Below are positions 58,891 through 64,000 of a stretch of DNA of 64,000 nt, piece by piece (position 1 is the stretch's first letter; each line of letters starts with the position of its first letter). The translations under genes were made by a program, and so were the position numbers. This DNA comes from Faecousia sp. (GTDB lineage Bacteria; Bacillota; Clostridia; Oscillospirales; Oscillospiraceae). The stretch covers positions 17,190 through 81,189 of the forward strand of contig JAZNDJ010000070.1 of the NCBI GenBank assembly GCA_045588045.1, read 5' to 3'. The notes beneath the pieces were generated by a model. The model was not told where the DNA came from and ran no database searches. It was given only the letters and a program-made list of their open reading frames with translations.

Positions 58891-60726
58891 ATGAATGATA
58901 AGCTGCAAAGGATCCTGCCTACGGTGCAAAAACCCGCGCGATACACAGGCGGTGAATACAACGAAATCAAAAAGGATTTAGCGGATGTCCGTGTTCGCGT
59001 GGCCTTTTGCTTCCCGGATACCTACGAGATCGGTATGTCCAATGTTGGAATGCGGATCCTCTACGGTGTGATGAACGAGATGGATGGCGTATGGTGTGAG
59101 CGTGTCTTTGCGCCGTGGGCCGATATGGAAGATGCCATGGCTCAAAATGATATTCCTCTGTGGGCACTGGAAAGCCAGGATCCGGTCAGGAATTTTGACA
59201 TGATCGCATTTACTATCGGCTATGAGATGTGCTATACCAACATTCTTAATATGCTGCGTCTGTCCGGTGTGCCACTGCACTCCAAGGATAGAAATGGCCT
59301 AAAGAACATTGTCTTTGCTGGCGGTGTGTGCACCTTTAATCCCGAGCCGCTTGCGGACTTTATAGACTTCTTTTCTTTGGGCGAGGGTGAAGAGATCACC
59401 CCTGAGATCCTTGCGCTGTACGACCGTGCAAAGGCCGAGGATTGGAGCAAGGAGGAGTTTCTTCGTGCTGTGGCTGAAATTCCTGGCGTGTATGTTCCGT
59501 CGTTCTATGAGCATACGTATAATCCGGATGGTACGATTGCACAAATCATCCCTCAGCCAAATGTTCCCAAGGTGGTCACAAAAAGGATCATTGAGGATTT
59601 AGATTCGGCTTATTACCCGACAAGAATGATCGTTCCCTCCACGGAGATCGTCCACGACCGGGCAAACCTTGAGGTCTTTCGTGGTTGTATCCGTGGGTGC
59701 CGTTTTTGCCAAGCAGGCTTCTCCTGCCGTCCTGTGCGAAGGAAGAGCGCGCAGGTCCTCTACCGGCAGGCAGTGGAAACATTGGAAGATTCCGGCCATA
59801 ATGAGATAACCCTGTCTAGTCTTTCTACATCAGATTACAGGCAACTTAAGGAACTGACTGACGATATGATCCCATATTGCGCCGCCAACAAGATCAATCT
59901 ATCTGTACCGTCTCTGCGCGCAGATAATTTTTCCCAGGAGCTGATGCAAAAGCTGCAGACACTGCGCAAAAGCGGTTTGACATTTGCACCGGAAGCTGGC
60001 ACACAGCGACTGCGTGACGTGATCAATAAGAATCTGACTGAGGACGAGATCCTAACCACCTGCGCCAATGCATTTGGCGGCGGTTGGAGCAATGTAAAGC
60101 TGTATTTCATGTTGGGCCTGCCTACAGAAACGGATGAAGATGTTTTGGGTATAGCGGAGCTTGTCCATAAGATCATCCTATGCTGGAAGGAACACGCATC
60201 CAACAAAAAGAGGGGACTGCGCGTCCATGTTGCAACTGCCTTTTTTGTACCCAAGCCTCATACGCCGTTCCAATGGGAAAAACAGATCACGCCAGAGGAA
60301 TATCTGCGCAGGTGCCGTCTGCTGAAAAGCCATCTCTATGCAAAATCCATAGAATACAACTACCACGAGCCAGACCTGACCCGCCTGGAGGCCGTTTTTG
60401 CCCGAGGCGACCGCCGGGTCGGCGCTGTTATTGAACGGGCTGCATTGTGTGGTGCTCGCCTTGACGGATGGGATGAGCATTTTTCCTACGACACATGGCT
60501 ATCTGCTTTTAAAGAATGCGGCATCGATCCGGATTTTTATACTGTACGCGGTTACGGTGAGAATGAGATCCTGCCGTGGGATACGATCGACGTAGGCGTA
60601 TCCAAGAGATTCCTACAATCCGAGCGCTGTAAAGCCTATCAAGAGTCTGTAACGCCCGATTGCCGTCACAGCTGCAGCGGATGCGGTGCTGCCAAACTCC
60701 TGCAGGAGGTGAAGTGTGATGCCTAG
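58891..60726 (+). CDS. TIGR03960-type B12-binding radical SAM protein
   Basis: VQKPARY.GGE, FPDTYEIGMSN, RGCIRGCRFCQAG (CxxxCxxC), C-terminal Cys cluster. Confidence 0.92.
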   Translation: MNDKLQRILPTVQKPARYTGGEYNEIKKDLADVRVRVAFCFPDTYEIGMSNVGMRILYGVMNEMDGVWCERVFAPWADMEDAMAQNDIPLWALESQDPVRNFDMIAFTIGYEMCYTNILNMLRLSGVPLHSKDRNGLKNIVFAGGVCTFNPEPLADFIDFFSLGEGEEITPEILALYDRAKAEDWSKEEFLRAVAEIPGVYVPSFYEHTYNPDGTIAQIIPQPNVPKVVTKRIIEDLDSAYYPTRMIVPSTEIVHDRANLEVFRGCIRGCRFCQAGFSCRPVRRKSAQVLYRQAVETLEDSGHNEITLSSLSTSDYRQLKELTDDMIPYCAANKINLSVPSLRADNFSQELMQKLQTLRKSGLTFAPEAGTQRLRDVINKNLTEDEILTTCANAFGGGWSNVKLYFMLGLPTETDEDVLGIAELVHKIILCWKEHASNKKRGLRVHVATAFFVPKPHTPFQWEKQITPEEYLRRCRLLKSHLYAKSIEYNYHEPDLTRLEAVFARGDRRVGAVIERAALCGARLDGWDEHFSYDTWLSAFKECGIDPDFYTVRGYGENEILPWDTIDVGVSKRFLQSERCKAYQESVTPDCRHSCSGCGAAKLLQEVKCDA

Positions 60727-61378
60727 ATTGCTGTTTGAAAAGAGAGGCGCTGCCATTTGGATCTCTCACCTGGATCTGATGCGTCTGTTTCAGCGTGCAT
60801 TTAAGCGCGCTGGTTTACGGCTGAAGCATACGCAAGGCTATAATCCGCGGCCTTCGGTTTCCATTGCTTTGCCGCTTTCTGTAGGCGTTGAAAGTTGCTG
60901 CGAACTGCTTGACTTTGAGCTTGACGGGCAAGAATATACCAACGAAGATATCCGAGATATGCTGAATAATGCCCTCGTTGACGGCATTCATGTAATTGAT
61001 GTTTACAATGACGGCAGAAAATACCGTGATCTGGCGTTGCTTTCATGTCAGGTTACTTTGGAATACGACAACGGAATTCCCGCTGACGCCGTCACATTGA
61101 TCGAAGGCCTATTCAGGCAGCAGACGCTTATATTACCAAAGAAAACAAAAAGTGGCGTCCAAGAGCAGGACATTATGCCGATGATCCGAAATACTGAGAT
61201 CAGTGCAGCAGGGGAGAGAACACTTGTTCTGACCGCTTGTATCTGCTGTCAAAATCCCACGCTCAATCCTATGCAGCTGATCCTTGCAATCAATACATTC
61301 CTGCCGGAAGTGACGCCTTCCTTTGCTAAGGTCTGCCGGTTGGAGATCCTGGACCAGCAGGAAACAGTTTTCAGATAA
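60719..61378 (+). CDS. TIGR03936 radical SAM-linked protein (DUF2344)
   Basis: ISHLDLMR.FQRAF.RAG...TQGYNPRP....PL.VG.ES. Confidence 0.9.
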   Translation: MPRLLFEKRGAAIWISHLDLMRLFQRAFKRAGLRLKHTQGYNPRPSVSIALPLSVGVESCCELLDFELDGQEYTNEDIRDMLNNALVDGIHVIDVYNDGRKYRDLALLSCQVTLEYDNGIPADAVTLIEGLFRQQTLILPKKTKSGVQEQDIMPMIRNTEISAAGERTLVLTACICCQNPTLNPMQLILAINTFLPEVTPSFAKVCRLEILDQQETVFR

Positions 61379-61389
61379 GGAGCTTTAAA

Positions 61390-61614
61390 ATGGAGATCAA
61401 TCCGAATTTTACTTTGGAGGACTGCCCGGTATGCCGTGGCAGTGGTTTCGTCGTCCACGAGGGCGGCTGGAATGTGCAGGTCGAGTGTGCCGATTGCAGC
61501 GCTCATACCGTATATGTCGATTATTCCAATGATCAGGAAAAGGAAGATGCAGAGCGCCAGGTCGTGCGTCTTTGGAATATGGGAAAGGTGATCAAGGCAG
61601 ATTCCAGCGGCTAA
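61390..61614 (+). CDS. Small Zn-ribbon protein, Lar restriction-alleviation-like
   Basis: LEDCPVC.G, VECADC.A, A....WN; AAGGAG RBS. Confidence 0.7.
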   Translation: MEINPNFTLEDCPVCRGSGFVVHEGGWNVQVECADCSAHTVYVDYSNDQEKEDAERQVVRLWNMGKVIKADSSG

Positions 61615-61645
61615 AAAAATTTTTTCAAAATAAGACAAATAATGC

Positions 61646-61674
61646 TTGCATTTTCTGACACGGTGTGCTAATAT
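61646..61674 (+). promoter_or_regulatory. SigA promoter of tRNA-Pro(GGG)
   Basis: TTGCAT-N17-TAATAT with TG extension. Confidence 0.6.
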
Positions 61675-61705
61675 ACTTTGGCAGTCAGCTGACGCAAGCA
61701 TATTT

Positions 61706-61782
61706 CCGGGTGTGGCGAAGTTTGGTATCGCGCTTGAATGGGGTTCAAGAGGCCTCGAGTTCGAATCTCGACACTCGGACCA
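61706..61782 (+). tRNA. tRNA-Pro(GGG)
   Basis: 77 nt, CCGGGTG...CACTCGG ACCA; anticodon arm CTTGA-ATGGGGT-TCAAG. Confidence 0.96.
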
Positions 61783-61817
61783 AAACCGGCAACTACGAAT
61801 GTGGTTGCCGGTTTTTC
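61783..61817 (+). terminator. tRNA terminator
   Basis: AAACCGGCAACTAC/GTGGTTGCCGGTTTTT. Confidence 0.8.
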
Positions 61818-61869
61818 ACTTGCATTTTGATGTAAAAAACTTAATAGGATAATCCAGAGGGGATATCTC

Positions 61870-62677
61870 ATGAAGAGAATGTTTGTTTTCGTTTTGGTTT
61901 TATTGCTTGTTTTTATAATGACTGCGTGCGGGTTTCCGTCCAATCAGATCCCAAAACGCGCACTTTGTGATACCTGCAAAAGCTTTGTTGTGGGAAATTG
62001 GTATTACATAAATGAAGCAGGAGCTGTTGTGACTGTTGAATACCGTGAGGATGGTACAATTATCCAAGCAAGCGGAAATGGTTGGTGGACTTGCAACTGC
62101 ACGGGGAACCAACACAGCATCACAACAGGTGAGTCAAATGCCTGCTACGGAGATTCATACTATGATCCTGAGGATATCGGGCATTTTAATGCTCTTGTAA
62201 AAAAACGATGGTTATACATTTGTAGAATTAACAGAGGATAACTGGCGGGATTATTTTTCTGAAAACTTTGACGAAGTCTTTGATATTCGAAGTGAGTTGA
62301 TTCTCTGTGAGGAAACGAATGCATGGGGCGAATCCTCCGTAAGTCATATTGGAATTCATAAATACGCATTATTGAAGGATCAGGGCCGCTACGGCCCGTT
62401 AACAACGTTGACACTGGAGTATGATTTTGCCTATAGTATAGAAAGTGCAGATGTTGATACCGAACAACTGGAGCTTCTGCAAACCGAGATTGCGGAACTT
62501 GAACAGATGCAAACCGTGACGCGTACTACCACCACAGACGAAAACGGAGAAGTTCTCCTTTCATTGGGATGGGATGAAAATGAACCAATAGCAGATAGGA
62601 TATATGCTCACCTTGAGGTGCCCGGTGAGAAAATTCATCGAATGAAAGGGGTATTGGTCATAAAAAATAATTCCTAG
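61870..62677 (+). pseudogene. Lipoprotein gene split by a frameshift at an A7 tract (ORFs 61870-62241 and 62201-62677)
   Basis: Lipobox MTAC; the second frame is open from 62201 and has no good RBS/start; deleting one A at 62199-62205 fuses a 268-aa ORF. Confidence 0.7.
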
Positions 62678-62695
62678 AAATGTATAAAATAGTAC

Positions 62696-62724
62696 TTGAT
62701 TTTCCTAATTTTGCATGTTATAAT
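62696..62724 (+). promoter_or_regulatory. SigA promoter of rplS
   Basis: TTGATT-N17-TATAAT with TG extension. Confidence 0.75.
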
Positions 62725-62742
62725 ACATCGGTCTGAAAACAA

Positions 62743-62800
62743 GGTGAGTCCTCTGTAGTGCCGGGATCCATATCGCCGGGGCATACACTGCATGAACGCC
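62743..62800 (+). ncRNA. L19 leader (rplS autoregulatory RNA)
   Basis: GGTG/CGCC and TGTAGTG/CACTGCA stems with GTCCTCTG...ATGAAC motif directly 5' of rplS. Confidence 0.6.
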
Positions 62801-62822
62801 TAACTTTAAGGAGGACAAAGAT

Positions 62823-63164
62823 ATGGATTTGGTTAAGGCTCTGTCCAGCCAGTACATGAAGGAAGAGCTGCCCGAGATGCGGGTCGGCGACACCGTTCGT
62901 GTGCATGTGCGGATCAAGGAAGGCTCCCGTGAGCGTATTCAGGTGTTTGAAGGCACCATCATCGCTCGGAAGCACGGCGGCATCGGTGAGACCATCACTG
63001 TTCGCCGTGTCAGCTACGGCGTTGGCTGTGAGAAGGTTTTCCCTGTTCACTCTCCCAACGTTGCTATGGTTGAGACCGTCCGTAAGGGTAAGGTACGCCG
63101 CGCTAAGCTGTACTACCTGCGTGACCGTTTCGGCAAGGCTGCCAAGGTCAAGGAAAAGGTCTAA
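62823..63164 (+). CDS. rplS: 50S ribosomal protein L19
   Basis: [44 protein letters not shown]. Confidence 0.98.
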   Translation: MDLVKALSSQYMKEELPEMRVGDTVRVHVRIKEGSRERIQVFEGTIIARKHGGIGETITVRRVSYGVGCEKVFPVHSPNVAMVETVRKGKVRRAKLYYLRDRFGKAAKVKEKV

Positions 63165-63178
63165 CACAAAAAAGAATA

Positions 63179-63210
63179 AAAAAAGAGGGCTTGCCCTCTT
63201 TTTTTATTTA
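63179..63210 (+). terminator. rplS terminator
   Basis: AAAAAAGAGGGC/GCCCTCTTTTTT. Confidence 0.8.
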
Positions 63211-63263
63211 TTAAAATCGTATATAATCAAACAAAGAACTATTTTTGCAAGGAGTTCGGATAT

Positions 63264-63884
63264 ATGCAGAAGCCTAATGCACAAAATGTCGGGCAAAAAA
63301 ACGCCGATGATAAGGAATATTCCAACTCTGTCAAGTCCGTGCTGCTGTATATGCGCGACCTTGTATGTTTAATTGCAGGTGTTTTACTTTTATTCTCGCT
63401 ATGCTTTCGGATCGTTGTTGTTTCCGGTCCTTCCATGAACAACACACTATACGATGGCGATTGGCTTTTGGTCCTGGGAAATATTTTCTATGGCGAGCCA
63501 AAACAAGGTGACATTGTTGTGGCCAGCAAAGATTCTTTTGATGACGGTACTCCAATCATCAAGCGGGTGATCGCTACAGAAGGCCAGCAAGTGGATATTG
63601 ATTTTAACGCCGGTATCGTTTATGTGGATGGCGAGCCCCTAATTGAACCCTATACACTAACCACAACAAACCTTGCAGAAGGTGTTGAATTTCCGCTGGT
63701 CGTCGACAAAGGCTGTGTGTTTGTTATGGGAGATAACCGCAATGCCTCCAAGGACAGCCGTAGCAACGAAATCGGTTTGGTGGATGAGCGCGAAATTTTG
63801 GGCAAGGCGATATTCCTTGCTATACCAGGTACAAATAGGGGACAGGTCGCACGCCAGTTCTCCAGAATCGGGGTGATTTCCTGA
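63264..63884 (+). CDS. lepB: Signal peptidase I
   Basis: [10 protein letters not shown] (Ser), IIKRVIA (Lys), [12 protein letters not shown]. Confidence 0.95.
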   Translation: MQKPNAQNVGQKNADDKEYSNSVKSVLLYMRDLVCLIAGVLLLFSLCFRIVVVSGPSMNNTLYDGDWLLVLGNIFYGEPKQGDIVVASKDSFDDGTPIIKRVIATEGQQVDIDFNAGIVYVDGEPLIEPYTLTTTNLAEGVEFPLVVDKGCVFVMGDNRNASKDSRSNEIGLVDEREILGKAIFLAIPGTNRGQVARQFSRIGVIS

Positions 63885-64000
63885 TGGCTTCTGATAATAT
63901 GAATATTCAATGGTATCCCGGACACATGACAAAAACCCGCCGTCAAATTGAAGCGGATTTGAAGTTGGTGGATGCTGTCTGTGAGATCGTCGATGCCCGG
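63884..64000 (+). CDS. rbgA: Ribosome biogenesis GTPase RbgA/YlqF, 5' end (partial)
   Basis: [39 protein letters not shown]. Confidence 0.93.
   Translation, partial: MASDNMNIQWYPGHMTKTRRQIEADLKLVDAVCEIVDAR

Noticed and set aside
62718-63167. Antisense ORF over rplS (likewise 28668-29573, 39175-39987, 40909-41637, 13215-14072, 421-1269)
   Set aside because: Shadow ORFs of well-supported genes on the opposite strand.

Overview
Core chromosomal segment of a spore-forming clostridial Firmicute (gene content and order suggest Oscillospiraceae; this is inference). It holds rimI(3' end)-tsaD, a complete Phe/Tyr shikimate operon (aroF-tyrA-aroB-aroA-aroC-pheA-aroE/K-aroQ), a Ser/Thr kinase-Fn3 gene divergent from a Zn-ribbon/Ig gene, ispE, addBA, spoVAD/E, reoM/ireB, T-box-controlled pheST and valS, nnrD-lipoprotein-mazF, a comEA/two-component/GerMN operon, spoIIAA-AB-sigF, pcrA-yunB-ligA, a SleC-type cortex-lysis cluster, asnB, bsh, glnA, a spoIVFB/radical-SAM cluster, two tRNA-Pro genes and rplS-lepB-rbgA. 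No CRISPR array or prophage was seen. The strongest signals that the ORF track misses are: (1) a Phe/Tyr leader-peptide attenuator in front of aroF; (2) a tandem ~165-bp structured repeat built on the tRNA-Pro(CGG) 3' end, showing compensatory base changes, with a 686-bp REP-associated HUH transposase cassette inserted in one unit's palindrome; (3) a SleC whose pre/pro domain is a separate gene; (4) a 34-aa Asn/Gln microprotein after spoVAE; (5) a mazF with no adjacent canonical antitoxin; (6) a lipoprotein gene split at an A7 tract. All family calls come from motif recognition by eye, not database searches.
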